64,000 nucleotides of DNA from an uncultured Gemmatimonadales bacterium (GTDB taxonomy: Bacteria > Gemmatimonadota > Gemmatimonadetes > Longimicrobiales > Longimicrobiaceae). Positions 38,011 to 47,654 of the stretch are shown piece by piece. Numbering within the stretch: the first letter of the stretch is position 1; every line of letters starts with the position of its first letter. Under the pieces are notes generated by a model. That model was not told the DNA's origin, made no database searches, and was given only the letters and a program-made list of their open reading frames with translations. The position numbers and the translations under genes are program-made. The DNA lies in NCBI GenBank assembly GCA_963716255.1, contig OY970303.1, forward strand, positions 5,120,001 to 5,184,000, given 5' to 3'.

Positions 38011-41000
38011 TCAAGCGGCGTCCTCCATGGACTCGCCGGTACCCGGAGCCCGCGGAGGGAACAGCTTCAGGAACGCCAGGATGGGCTCCCGCTCCGGGCG
38101 GATGAACAGGTACCGGGTGGTGGGCTCGTAGCCGACGGTCTTCCCCAGGGGGCCCAGAGCTGGCTTGTGCTTGCTCGCCGACGCGCCGCGGATCTCGACC
38201 AGGCCGTTCCGGCGCGGGTGCAGCACCCAGCTCGCGCCCGGCGGTCCCTTCACCGACACGTTCGCGCCGGTGCGGAGTGCTTCCCAGGCATCCTCCGGCG
38301 ACAGCGGCTCGGAGCCGTGCTCGCTGAAGAAGTCGCGGACGATCAGCGCCTCCCAGCGGGTCAGCTCCAGCCCGGAGATCATGCCGCTGCCGTCGGACAG
38401 GGTGAACTGCACGTACCGGCGGGTCTTCGGCTGCTCGGTGGCCGTGTCCACGCCGCGGAGCCGCTGGATGTCCCCGATGTACTCCGTGACGTACCCCTGG
38501 ACGATCGCGGCGCGCTCGCCGGCCTCGTTCAGGATCTCGTAGAGCGTGAGGACCGGGTGGGCGCGCAGCTGCGTGGTGCGCAGGACCTCGCCGCGGCTCC
38601 GTCCCGTGCGGCGGGCGGACAGCATCTCGGCCACCTCCCCGGTCATGAGCCTCTCGCGCTCCCGCTCCCAGGCACCCATCACCTCGTGCCCCGCGAGGAT
38701 CGGGAACATCAGCAGCTCCAGGAGGAAGACCCGCATGTCCGCGTCGTGGGGGCGGCGAACCGGGACGAGCATCCCGCCGCCGTCGCCGGACTGCATGTGC
38801 TCCAGGAACTTGCGCCCGGTGAAGTAGCGGCGGAGGTCGTCCGGCAGGTGCTCGACCGCGTTCTTCATGGCGGCGACCGGGATGTCGCCGGAGATCTCGA
38901 AGGCATCGAGCGCGTCGGTGCCGGTGGACTCCGCGCTCCCCTTGCAGGTGGCGCCCAGCGACGCCATGCGGCCGGCGATGGTCGCGCTGAACTTGCGCTC
39001 GCCGGCGGAGTTGCTCGCCACGAGGGCGATCTCGGGCGGGGACAGCTGGCCCGTGCGGTCCACCCGTCCGAGCTCCTGGAGGAAGAGGGTCGCGCTCCAT
39101 TCGTAGTCGGCGACCACCATCAGGCGCCTGCGGCCGTTGGTGTCGTGCAGGGAGATGCCGACCTTGGACGCCTGCGAGATGATCGCGATGTCGCGGATGC
39201 CCGCCTGGAACTCCGCCTTGAGGGCGCTGCGATGCTTCGCGGGAGTGCGGCCGGTGATCGCCGCGACGCGCCGGGCCCCGAAGTGGTCCTCCAGGCGGCG
39301 CACCGGGTCCTGGAGGGGCGGCAGGGCGGCCAGGCGCTCGAAGAACTCGTCCCGCGCGAGCAGGGCCTCGGGGATCTCTCCCAGGTCCACGTACTCGACG
39401 TCGTCCCCCTCGCCGCCCTTCTCGACGTGGCGCGTGTTGAGGCGGTTGATCGCCGCTTCCAGGCGAGTGTTGAGCTGCCGTACCGTGTCCGCCGCGGAGA
39501 CCCCCTCCTCGAGGGGAGCGTCGCCGGCCACGTTGTGGAGGGAGATCACCACCTGGCGGCCCTGCCGCAGCCCCTCCTCGGCGAGGCGGATCACCGTGTC
39601 GAGCCGCAGCTCGAACAGGAGCTGCTTGAGGTAGGACTGGATCAGGCTGCGGTCGAGCCCGGCCGTCTTGTCCCGCTTGTTCATGCGGGCGAAGTGCCGG
39701 ATCGCCAGCGAGACGTCGCGGCACAGCTCGGCGGCGGTGTCGTACCGGTCCCGCGCGGCCCGGGCGGCGGGGCTGTCGCCGAGGAGGTCCACCTCCTCGA
39801 CCGAGAACTCGACGCCCGCGCGGAAGAGGTCGCGCGCCAGGTAGTGGCCGCTCCCCCGCAGCTCCCTCATGATCTGCTCGGTCTCCGCGGGCGTGATGCG
39901 GAGGGAGAACGCATCGTTCCTGGCCGATCCCCAGCCGTCCTTGTCCGCGTCCTTCTCCGGGTCGCCGCTGGCCTCGCCGATCGCGACGTTCGCGGCTCGC
40001 TCGGCAGCCTGGACGTCCGCGACGGCCTGCTCCTCCTTCCCCTCCTTCGCGGAGGCCCGGCCCATCTTGCGGTCGATCCACGTCCGGAACCCGCCGATCG
40101 GCCAGAGCCGGAGTCCGTAGAGGTAGGCCAGGTTCTCGACCGTGACGCCCGCCGTGGCGGTGAAGTAGACGCAGTCGGCGTCGGCCCGGAGCAGCGCGCG
40201 GTGGAGGTCGGTCCACGCGAGCCCCCGATGGGAGTCGCCGATGTTGGAGAACTCGTGCGCCTCGTCCGCGACGAGGCAGTCCGGCTCGACGTCGACCAGC
40301 GCGGCGCCGTAGGCGGCGAGGTTGTACGCGTGGGTGATGTAGAGGCAGGGGCCGTCGGGCTGCGGGAGCGGTCGCAGGCCCTTCTTCACCTCGTGGTAGT
40401 CCCCCACGCAGATGATCTCCGCGGGAAAGGGCCCGTGCTCCGAGCCGGAGGCGACGCGCCGGAACTCGGCGATCGCGTCCCTGACGTTGGTCTCGTTCTT
40501 GGTGGTGTAGACGATCCTGCGGCGCCCCCGGTGGATGGCCTCCAGGATCAGCGCCGCGGCCTCGCGCGCCTTGCCGAGGCCCACCGCGTCGGAGATCAGC
40601 ATCCCGTGGCCGCGGTCCCAGGCGGAGAGGCAGCGCAGCGCGGCGTCGGCCTGCTCGTCGGAGAACCCGCCGAGGTCGCCGTCCCGGCCCCAGGCGGCGT
40701 CCACCCGGGGGGCGCGGAAGGTCGCGGTGATCGGGGGGGCGGGCATCCCCGCCATGCTGCGCGTCTCGACCACCAGGCGCGGGTGGGAGCCCCGCCACCT
40801 CCGGAATCCGATCCGGTACGGCGTGAAGACCGGGCTCTCCCCGGCCGCCGCGATCTCCTCGCGCCGGCTCTCCGGCTCGCCCTCGCGCCACGCGACGGGG
40901 AGCAGCTCCCGCGTCTCGAACGGCTCGATCTCGACAGGAGGGATCGTGTCCGGGACCACGATCGGCTCCCGCACCGAATCGAGGAGGTCCAGGGGCGGCG

Positions 41001-42249
41001 CGAGCCTCTGCCGGTGCGGGACGGGCGCAGCCTCCGGGACGGCGGGCTCGCGGCGGCGGAAGTGCTCGGCGCCGGGGGCGAAGCTTTCGACCGCCTGGTA
41101 CCACTGCTCCCAGGAGGGGCTGCGCACGATCAGGGGCGAGGCGGATCCGGCCGGCCCGCGGTGGTCCAGGACGACGGTGACCGTGCCGATGCGGACCCCC
41201 CGCGAGCGGTAGGAATCCTCCGGGGACTCGATGTACGCGACCGGGGTGAACGCGCCCTTCAGCCACATCCGGAAGGCGATCCCGGAGTCGGCGAGGGTGG
41301 CCTGGGGCATCACCGCCACCAGCCGTCCGGCTTCCGCGAGGCTCGCGAGCGACGCGGCGACGAAGCGCTGGCTGATGTCGGTGGCCGCGAACTGCGTCGC
41401 GCCGAAACCGTGGTAGCGGCCGCGGCCGATGCCGCCGAACGGCGGGTTCGTCAGGATCGTGTCGTAGCGCCGCGGGTCGAGCTGCAGCCGGAGCGAGTCC
41501 TCGGAGGTGGGGGAGAGCCCCAGCGCGGCAAGCACGGCGCGCCTGCGGGGATCGACCTCGTTGACGTGCAGGCCGGGAACGGCGCCGATCAGGCTGGCGA
41601 CCAGGCTGCCGGTCCCGCCCTGCGGCTCGAGGAGCTGGTCCGTCGGCAGCGGGCCGGCCATGTACGCGACCGCCGCGGCGAGCGGCAGAGGAGTGGAGTA
41701 CTGGGCCCATGCCACCATGTCGCCGGAGCTGTTCCGGCCGCGGAAGTAGCGCTCCTCCATCTCGCGGAGCGCTTCGAGCCGGGGCCGGATCGGCGCATCC
41801 GCCCCGAGGCCCAAAACCCCGAGGCGGCGGGGCACCAGGAGGTGGACGGCGCCCTCGAACGCGTCGCACACGTCGTCCAGGGTGAAAGTGCCGCTGTCGT
41901 ACGGCCGTCCCAGGATGCGTCCGCCCCACTCCGTGAATGCGACCGGCGTCCGCGGCCACGCGTCGGCGAGAAGGGCTTGCAGCGCCTCCTCCACCAGGCG
42001 GGCGATCTCCTCCGGAGTGGCGGGGGTGCGCTGGTCGGTGAAGGTCCCGAGCACCACCCGGGGAGCATCGTCCCGCGGACCGGCCACCTGGAGAGCCTGC
42101 CCAGGGGAGGCGAGCTCCCGGGGGCCGGCGTCCGGCGGGGCGGGGGGAGGCACCGGCGCGCCGATCGGCGGGGGCGCCGGGAAGCCCAGCAGCAGGTGCA
42201 TCATCCCGAGTTGCTCGGCCACTCGGGGCGGCCGTCGACGCTGGCTCAT
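38011..42249 (-). CDS. N6-adenine-type methyltransferase fused to Strawberry-notch-like SF2 helicase
   Basis: LEPQGGTG (motif I), ILTNPPF (motif IV); DAVGLGKAR Walker A, DEAH, YFTATA, GISLHD...QELGRVDRTGQ...GERKFSATIA.RM.SLGA. Confidence 0.9.
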   Translation of the reverse strand: MSQRRRPPRVAEQLGMMHLLLGFPAPPPIGAPVPPPAPPDAGPRELASPGQALQVAGPRDDAPRVVLGTFTDQRTPATPEEIARLVEEALQALLADAWPRTPVAFTEWGGRILGRPYDSGTFTLDDVCDAFEGAVHLLVPRRLGVLGLGADAPIRPRLEALREMEERYFRGRNSSGDMVAWAQYSTPLPLAAAVAYMAGPLPTDQLLEPQGGTGSLVASLIGAVPGLHVNEVDPRRRAVLAALGLSPTSEDSLRLQLDPRRYDTILTNPPFGGIGRGRYHGFGATQFAATDISQRFVAASLASLAEAGRLVAVMPQATLADSGIAFRMWLKGAFTPVAYIESPEDSYRSRGVRIGTVTVVLDHRGPAGSASPLIVRSPSWEQWYQAVESFAPGAEHFRRREPAVPEAAPVPHRQRLAPPLDLLDSVREPIVVPDTIPPVEIEPFETRELLPVAWREGEPESRREEIAAAGESPVFTPYRIGFRRWRGSHPRLVVETRSMAGMPAPPITATFRAPRVDAAWGRDGDLGGFSDEQADAALRCLSAWDRGHGMLISDAVGLGKAREAAALILEAIHRGRRRIVYTTKNETNVRDAIAEFRRVASGSEHGPFPAEIICVGDYHEVKKGLRPLPQPDGPCLYITHAYNLAAYGAALVDVEPDCLVADEAHEFSNIGDSHRGLAWTDLHRALLRADADCVYFTATAGVTVENLAYLYGLRLWPIGGFRTWIDRKMGRASAKEGKEEQAVADVQAAERAANVAIGEASGDPEKDADKDGWGSARNDAFSLRITPAETEQIMRELRGSGHYLARDLFRAGVEFSVEEVDLLGDSPAARAARDRYDTAAELCRDVSLAIRHFARMNKRDKTAGLDRSLIQSYLKQLLFELRLDTVIRLAEEGLRQGRQVVISLHNVAGDAPLEEGVSAADTVRQLNTRLEAAINRLNTRHVEKGGEGDDVEYVDLGEIPEALLARDEFFERLAALPPLQDPVRRLEDHFGARRVAAITGRTPAKHRSALKAEFQAGIRDIAIISQASKVGISLHDTNGRRRLMVVADYEWSATLFLQELGRVDRTGQLSPPEIALVASNSAGERKFSATIAGRMASLGATCKGSAESTGTDALDAFEISGDIPVAAMKNAVEHLPDDLRRYFTGRKFLEHMQSGDGGGMLVPVRRPHDADMRVFLLELLMFPILAGHEVMGAWERERERLMTGEVAEMLSARRTGRSRGEVLRTTQLRAHPVLTLYEILNEAGERAAIVQGYVTEYIGDIQRLRGVDTATEQPKTRRYVQFTLSDGSGMISGLELTRWEALIVRDFFSEHGSEPLSPEDAWEALRTGANVSVKGPPGASWVLHPRRNGLVEIRGASASKHKPALGPLGKTVGYEPTTRYLFIRPEREPILAFLKLFPPRAPGTGESMEDAA

Positions 42250-42388
42250 GGGCAACGTGGGTGGAGTCGCTAAGGGACGCGCGTGTCCGTCCCGCCCCGC
42301 GGTGCGCTGGGGGCGGGGCGGGAGGGGATCTCCGTCGAAGGCGGGCGGAGGAGGACGGCTTGTCCGGCCGTTTTCTGGCGGGGGAGGG

Positions 42389-43183
42389 TCAGGCGGCGAG
42401 AGGGAGGGAATCCGCGGGGGCGCCCCGGATCTCGGCCCACACGGCGGGGTCCACCGGGATCTCGGAGCAGATCCCGTCCGCGAGGTTGACCAGGCCGCCG
42501 TGGTGCTTGATGCTGCCGTAGCGGAAGAGGCGGCAGAGCATGGCCAGGCCGAGAGTCGCGAGCGTCTCGTTGATGAACGGGTGCTGCTTGTCGAGCGCTT
42601 CGGCTGCGCTGCAGCTCGGCTGGTCGTCCTTGTCGAGCGTGCGGTCGGTGATCTCCGGGAACAGCTCCGCTGCCGTGGGCAGGCGCGGGTCGGCGCCGGC
42701 GTTGAGGGCGTTGGCGGGCTGCCCCAGGACGAACTGGCCGGAGTCGGCGGTGTTGCCGAAGTCGAGGAGGTAGGCGACGGTGCCGGCTCGTCGCGCGGCG
42801 GCCTCGATGGTCTTGCGGGCGCCGCGGGTGTCGACGCATCCGATCACGATGTCGTCCCCGCGGAGCGTGTCCCGCGGACCGAAATGCCGCGTTACGGCTT
42901 TCCAGCGGAGGCCGGCGAAGGCGTTGATCCGGCTGACGAGCACGGTCGCCTTCCTGAGTCCGACCTCGGCCTCGGTGAAGGGGGTGCGGACCAGGTTGGA
43001 GCTGGAGATGGTGTCGCCGTCCTGCAGGGTCACCTCCAGGCCCGCGGGGTGGCCCCAGGCGATCATCGCCTTGTGCTGCCTCACGAGGTCGTACATCACG
43101 GAGCTGCCGGTGCCCCCGGCGCCGATCACGCGCACGCGGACCACGCGCGTCAGGAGCTCCGTCGTCAATTCGTGCGCAGGCAT
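42389..43183 (-). CDS. PRTRC system ThiF (E1-like) protein
   Basis: VIGAGGTGS, DGDTISSSNLVR, IGCVD, LDFGN..SGQFVLG, PSCSAAEAL.KQ..FIN. Confidence 0.92.
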   Translation of the reverse strand: MPAHELTTELLTRVVRVRVIGAGGTGSSVMYDLVRQHKAMIAWGHPAGLEVTLQDGDTISSSNLVRTPFTEAEVGLRKATVLVSRINAFAGLRWKAVTRHFGPRDTLRGDDIVIGCVDTRGARKTIEAAARRAGTVAYLLDFGNTADSGQFVLGQPANALNAGADPRLPTAAELFPEITDRTLDKDDQPSCSAAEALDKQHPFINETLATLGLAMLCRLFRYGSIKHHGGLVNLADGICSEIPVDPAVWAEIRGAPADSLPLAA

Positions 43184-43887
43184 GACCTCACGAAGGTGTG
43201 GAGGGTCTGGTGAGCCTCGGTCAGGTGCTTGACCGGGAATTGCCGCCTCGAGCCCGCCAGCTCGACCCACAGCCCCTCGACGCCCCCGGGGTGCCTGGTC
43301 AGGCGCGAAGTGCCGACCAGGTGGGTGAAGGCGCTGTTGAAGAAGCCGTCGACCCACCGGCCCGTCGCCGCCACTCCGACCGAGCCGGGGGTCGGCGTCG
43401 TCCCGAGACACACGCCACCGCCTGCGAAGGTGTTCAGGTAGGGCGCGACGCAGAGCGGGGTGTCCCGGGTCGGGCGCTGGTTCCGCTTCAGGGCGCGGAC
43501 CCACAGGTGGGTGCGGCTGGCGACGAAGACGAGAGGTGGGTGGGGTGCGGGCCTGCCGGAGGCGGGCTGGAACCCGGTCAGGTGCTCGGCGAAGAACATG
43601 GATCTGCGTTGTGCCGGAACCCACCAGGCCAGGAGCTCGTTGGTCCGGTAGAGGATGGTGTCGGGGAGGAACTCCACCGGGATCTCCGTCCCCAGCCCGC
43701 CCGCGAGGGTGCGGAGGAAGGAGTCCGTCACGGGCTCGGCGGGCCCGAACTCGACTTCCCCGCGCGGGCCCGGGACCAGGTCGTGCGTCGTGGCGTAGAC
43801 GTGGGCCCCATCGCCGCTCAGGTAGACGGTGAGGCCCCTCCATGGGCGGCGGGAACCGCCCTGGTCGATGCTGACGTCGGTGGTCAT
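43165..43887 (-). CDS. PRTRC system protein B (E2-like)
   Basis: LAWWVPAQRRSMFF, PHPPLVF, RPTRDTPL..APYLN....GVCLG, FFNSAFTH. Confidence 0.88.
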   Translation of the reverse strand: MTTDVSIDQGGSRRPWRGLTVYLSGDGAHVYATTHDLVPGPRGEVEFGPAEPVTDSFLRTLAGGLGTEIPVEFLPDTILYRTNELLAWWVPAQRRSMFFAEHLTGFQPASGRPAPHPPLVFVASRTHLWVRALKRNQRPTRDTPLCVAPYLNTFAGGGVCLGTTPTPGSVGVAATGRWVDGFFNSAFTHLVGTSRLTRHPGGVEGLWVELAGSRRQFPVKHLTEAHQTLHTFVRSCLRTN

Positions 43888-45020
43888 GCGTGTGTCCCGG
43901 TCGCGGCGATGGTGTCGAGCATCGTGATCAGGCGAGATGCCTCGGTGAGGGTCGTGCAGAGGATGCCGAGGGAGCGGAACGCGTCCGCGACGGAGTTCGC
44001 GTCCGAAGGATCCATCCTGAAGATCGCGCTGGGAGCCATGGGGATCCCCCAGTTGTAGAGCTCGTCGGTCTCCCGCTCGTAGAGGCCTTCGATCTCGTCG
44101 CTCTTGTCGGTGACCAGCAGCAGCGCGGGGAGCGGGAATGCGAGGTCGAAGCCGCGCAGCTCCTCGCACCAGAAGCTCCGGGGCTCTGCCTGGTCGGAGC
44201 ACCGGCGGACCTTGCGGGCAGCCTGCATCAGCGAGGTCACGGTCGGATCGGAAACGCTGCGCAGCACCCGGGTCAGCTTGCGCTCGTCGAGCGGCTCGCC
44301 CTTCAACCAGGGCGGAATGCAGCTCGACAGGTCGGGATACTCGACTTCTGCGAGCTCCTCCTCGCCCATCGTCGACTCGTCGTACTCGCGGTCACGCTCC
44401 ACCCGCTCCTCCGCATCCCGGTAGTCGAAGACTCTCACCCACCGGCTGACGGAATCGGCGAAGTACCTGTAGAAGGTCGCGGGTAGCGCTGGCTGGGCGG
44501 CGTGCAGCCGCCGGATCGCCGGACCGAGCTCCGCATAGCCTGTTTGCTCGGCCTCGACGATCAGGTAGACGGTGCGGTCGAGGGGTTTGGGCGAGTTCCC
44601 CCAGTAGTATCCGTAGTGGTCTTGGAGGGAGGCGACGAGCTTCGTCTCCAGAGAGAACTGCTGCGCGATCTCCGCGGCCCCGTGCGACTCGACCCAGCTG
44701 GCCAGCACCTGCTGGAGCAAGGTCCAGGGTTGCTGGCCGGCCCTTCGCCAGTCGGCGATGGTCGCGATCCCGGTCGTGGCCAGGGCCCGCGCCAGGTCCA
44801 GGGTGATCGAGTCCGGGTCGTGGCCGGGAGCCGCGTCCGAGTCCGGAGCTTCGTCGGAAGGCGATGGGGTGCCCGGGACGAGGAGGGGGAGCCCGCGCGG
44901 GCGCGGGTGGATCAGAGGAGAGGAGGCAGCCAGGCGGGCGGCGCGGGGAGCGGAACGCCAGTTTCGTTGGCTCTGAGCGCCTTTGCGAGAAGGTGCGACG
45001 CCTTCCTTAACTCGGGGCAT
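43884..45020 (-). CDS. PRTRC system protein F-like; true start probably further downstream
   Basis: Position between C and B; LGPAIRRLHAAQPALPATFY...RVFDYRD pattern; ATGA overlap with B. Confidence 0.65.
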   Translation of the reverse strand: MPRVKEGVAPSRKGAQSQRNWRSAPRAARLAASSPLIHPRPRGLPLLVPGTPSPSDEAPDSDAAPGHDPDSITLDLARALATTGIATIADWRRAGQQPWTLLQQVLASWVESHGAAEIAQQFSLETKLVASLQDHYGYYWGNSPKPLDRTVYLIVEAEQTGYAELGPAIRRLHAAQPALPATFYRYFADSVSRWVRVFDYRDAEERVERDREYDESTMGEEELAEVEYPDLSSCIPPWLKGEPLDERKLTRVLRSVSDPTVTSLMQAARKVRRCSDQAEPRSFWCEELRGFDLAFPLPALLLVTDKSDEIEGLYERETDELYNWGIPMAPSAIFRMDPSDANSVADAFRSLGILCTTLTEASRLITMLDTIAATGTHA

Positions 45021-45148
45021 TCGTCGATCCGGTCGAAGGTAGCCATGAGCTGCTGGGTGACCGGGTCGGGCTGGTGCCCGGCCCGGTCGAAGTGCTTCAG
45101 AGCATCGAGGAGCTCAGGGCTCCTCTCCCGTGGCGCACGGCGCGGCAT
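44912..45148 (-). CDS. Small PRTRC-associated hypothetical protein
   Basis: ATG 2 bp after the protein C stop; ends PLPAPPAWLPPLL. Confidence 0.55.
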   Translation of the reverse strand: MPRRAPRERSPELLDALKHFDRAGHQPDPVTQQLMATFDRIDECPELRKASHLLAKALRANETGVPLPAPPAWLPPLL

Positions 45149-45150
45149 GG

Positions 45151-45360
45151 TCAGCTCTTCGCGCCGACGGACTGCTCGAAGGTGAAGACCAGCTTGTCGC
45201 CGATCATCTCGGGCCCCTTGATCGTGGCGGTGGTCAGCATCTTCAGGTTGGGTTGGCGGGCGAAGAGGCGGCGCACGTCGTCCGGCTCCATGTGGGCGCC
45301 CGGGTCGGCGAGGATCCGTCCCCCGAAGCGGAACTCGCGCTCCAGCTCTTGGACCAGCAT
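45151..45360 (-). CDS. PRTRC system protein C (prokaryotic ubiquitin-like); alternative start 45411
   Basis: LEREFRFGG..LADP...PDDVR..FA...LTTATIKGPE...FTFEQSVGAKS. Confidence 0.85.
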   Translation of the reverse strand: MLVQELEREFRFGGRILADPGAHMEPDDVRRLFARQPNLKMLTTATIKGPEMIGDKLVFTFEQSVGAKS

Positions 45361-45410
45361 CGGCTCGATGCCCAGGGCGCCCTGCACCGCAGCCGCGGCG
45401 ACGGCGACCA

Positions 45411-45956
45411 TCAGGCCACCTCCCGCAGGGCGTCGTCCGCGTCCTCTTGCTGCGCCGCCTCGTCCAGGTCGGCATCCACCTCCTCGGCTGCGGCGTCCGG
45501 CTCCTCAGCTACAGTCACCGGCTCCGCGGGTGGCGGCGGAAGCGCGTCGTCCCAGAGGGTCGGGACCGCGGGCGGTGTCGGCGCGGCCGCGGCCGCGCGC
45601 GCCGGGGTAGCTTGGCGAGCGGGGGCGGCACCGCTCTTCCCGCCGTCCGCGGGAGCGGCGGCACCCTTCCCGCCGCCTGCAGGGGCGGTGGCTTCCTGCA
45701 TCCGCCTGGTCGTGTCGGCCAGCGCCGCGGTGATCGACCGGTGCTGGGTGGCGAACCCGCTCAGCGCGGCCGGGAACTCCGCGTCGAGCTGCTCGGGTGT
45801 GGCCGTGACCTTGAGCGGGACCGAGAGCCCGGCGTTCTCGGTTCCGCTCAGGGACATCGGCTGGACGACCACGGTGACGCGCTGCGGGTCGGGCTGGGTC
45901 AGCGTCAGCATCAGCACGCGGCCGTCGGCCAGCAGGGGGAACAGTTCCTGGAACAA
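45411..45956 (-). CDS. PRTRC system protein E
   Basis: AGGAGG RBS plus TTG; FQELFPLL...VTVVVQP...LSVPLKVTATPEQLDAEF; Ala/Pro-rich tail. Confidence 0.85.
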   Translation of the reverse strand: MFQELFPLLADGRVLMLTLTQPDPQRVTVVVQPMSLSGTENAGLSVPLKVTATPEQLDAEFPAALSGFATQHRSITAALADTTRRMQEATAPAGGGKGAAAPADGGKSGAAPARQATPARAAAAAPTPPAVPTLWDDALPPPPAEPVTVAEEPDAAAEEVDADLDEAAQQEDADDALREVA

Positions 45957-46040
45957 GGGCGTGACCTCCTGGGTGGATCCGCCCGCCGGACCCGGAAGTG
46001 GGGACGGGGGCGAAGGGGTGTGCGCGGAGAGCGCGGGGTG

Positions 46041-46078
46041 AAAAGAAAAAGCCCGCCCCGTACGTGGTCGGGGCGGGC
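46041..46078 (-). terminator. Intrinsic terminator-like hairpin in the leader of the PRTRC operon
   Basis: Minus strand GCCCGCCCCG-accacgta-CGGGGCGGGC-TTTTTCTTTT, about 85 bp upstream of the protein E start. Confidence 0.75.
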
Positions 46079-46449
46079 ATCTTCCTTCGTTTTCTGCCGG
46101 AGGAAGACGGGGGGATCGCGAGGGGCCAGGATCCAGGCTGCGCACCAAGAGCTCGGTGAAGCCGCCGGGAAAGACCAGGCAGTCGAGGAGGCGAGCGACG
46201 ACGCGGGTCCGCCCCTCGTGGCCGCTCCACAAAGGGCCCCGCCAGGGTCGGTGGCTCCGGGAAGTCCCAGCGGCCGGTCCAGCGCCGGCCACGGAGATGG
46301 GGGGCTGTGGGGGGCCGACCGGCCGGGCCCCCGCGGCAGGTGGCCGCGGCGACGCTCGCCGGGCGTACGCGGCGCGCTACCGCCCGTTACCGCTCACAGA
46401 GATCACGTCTGGCGTTGCGCAGAACGAAGGCGCCGCCGAAAACGTCGCC

Positions 46450-47037
46450 CTATGCACTCCGAGGGCCTGCCCGCGAGAGGGCGCGATTGAACGCCTCCGC
46501 GGCCGGGGCGAAGACTCCGCCGAACTCCGCGTACCAGCCATCCAGTCCCGCCATTTGATCCGTCAACAGGCGGAATTCCGGGGGCACGAGGCTGTGGGCG
46601 GAAGCGAGTCGCAGCAGGGACACGTTCCGGTAGAAGGCGTCCGTCTCCGCGTCGATGTCTTCCGTCGAAGGAATCCAGTCCGAGCGGCCCGGGCCGAGCA
46701 CCATGTCCGCGCACCGGAAGGCGTTGTAGCGGTACAGGTCCACGATCTCCACGTCCGTGAACTGGTACAGTGCCGTCGCGGGTTGCGGTCCTGTCGGCCA
46801 ACACTTCGCTTCCTCCACGGCGCACGCCAGCGGACGAACGTACTCCCATCCCCTCTCCTGGTGGTCGAGCAAGCGACTCCACACGGCGCCGGACTTCGTT
46901 CCCCGCAGCTCCGCCGCGCGCGCTCTCGCCTCCTTCCACAGGTCGGTGTAGAGAGTCACGCGCGGCTCCCCCGCCGTTGTCGCCCTCACCACGAGCTCAC
47001 GCCGGGACGGGGCCGGGCTGCCTGTGGGACGAAGCAT
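46450..47037 (-). CDS. Hypothetical protein
   Basis: Coding-like, aromatic-rich sequence; start uncertain. Confidence 0.55.
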   Translation of the reverse strand: MLRPTGSPAPSRRELVVRATTAGEPRVTLYTDLWKEARARAAELRGTKSGAVWSRLLDHQERGWEYVRPLACAVEEAKCWPTGPQPATALYQFTDVEIVDLYRYNAFRCADMVLGPGRSDWIPSTEDIDAETDAFYRNVSLLRLASAHSLVPPEFRLLTDQMAGLDGWYAEFGGVFAPAAEAFNRALSRAGPRSA

Positions 47038-47400
47038 CTGGACCTTTGTACGCCAGAGAAAAAGTGATGCGAGCACCAGGTACGCGGGTGCATCTCAAAG
47101 GCACGGTAGGTGTCGGCACTCATTGGCTGCGAAAAGCCCCAACATTTGTCGGGACGCATGCGGTTTGTGGTAGAACGTGTATGGGAATGCGCGTCTCACG
47201 TCGCATCAGGTGTCGCAATGGTCCGGTGCAAGAGTGCAGACCGCTGCATTTTCGTGGGATGAGACTTCGGAGAGCGCCCTGCAGATACGTCGCCGGAAGG
47301 GCGGGACCCGAGTGTCCGTGAAGCTCGCGCCGGAATAGGTTGATGGCCTGGGGAGCGTATCCGCTTCCCAGGCCATCCACTTTCATCCGGAGCCGTTCAC

Positions 47401-47628
47401 ATGCGTACGTCCCTCCGCCTGCTCCCCGTCACTGTGGCCCTGTCCGCTCTCTCCGCGTGTGCGGGCGAGCCTCTTGAACCCGAAGCCCGGACCACTGCCG
47501 GGAGTACCTGGCGCGGTGCAGGGGTCTACATGGGAAGCGGGTTGTCGGTCGTCACTGGCGCCAGCCCGGCCGCCACCTCGGACTCCACGACGAGCCGGGG
47601 ATCCGGGTACATCGGCACCGGCTTCTGA
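47401..47628 (+). CDS. Small lipoprotein / putative signalling peptide precursor (75 aa)
   Basis: GGAG RBS; lipobox LSAC; two copies of the motif: GVYMGSG and GYIGTG. Confidence 0.75.
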   Translation: MRTSLRLLPVTVALSALSACAGEPLEPEARTTAGSTWRGAGVYMGSGLSVVTGASPAATSDSTTSRGSGYIGTGF

Positions 47629-47654
47629 GCGGCGTACGATGCTGTACACGAAAG

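Noticed and set aside
37720..42273. 1517-aa plus-strand and 1355-aa alternative-frame ORFs
   Set aside because: Shadow frames of the motif-rich methyltransferase-helicase gene.
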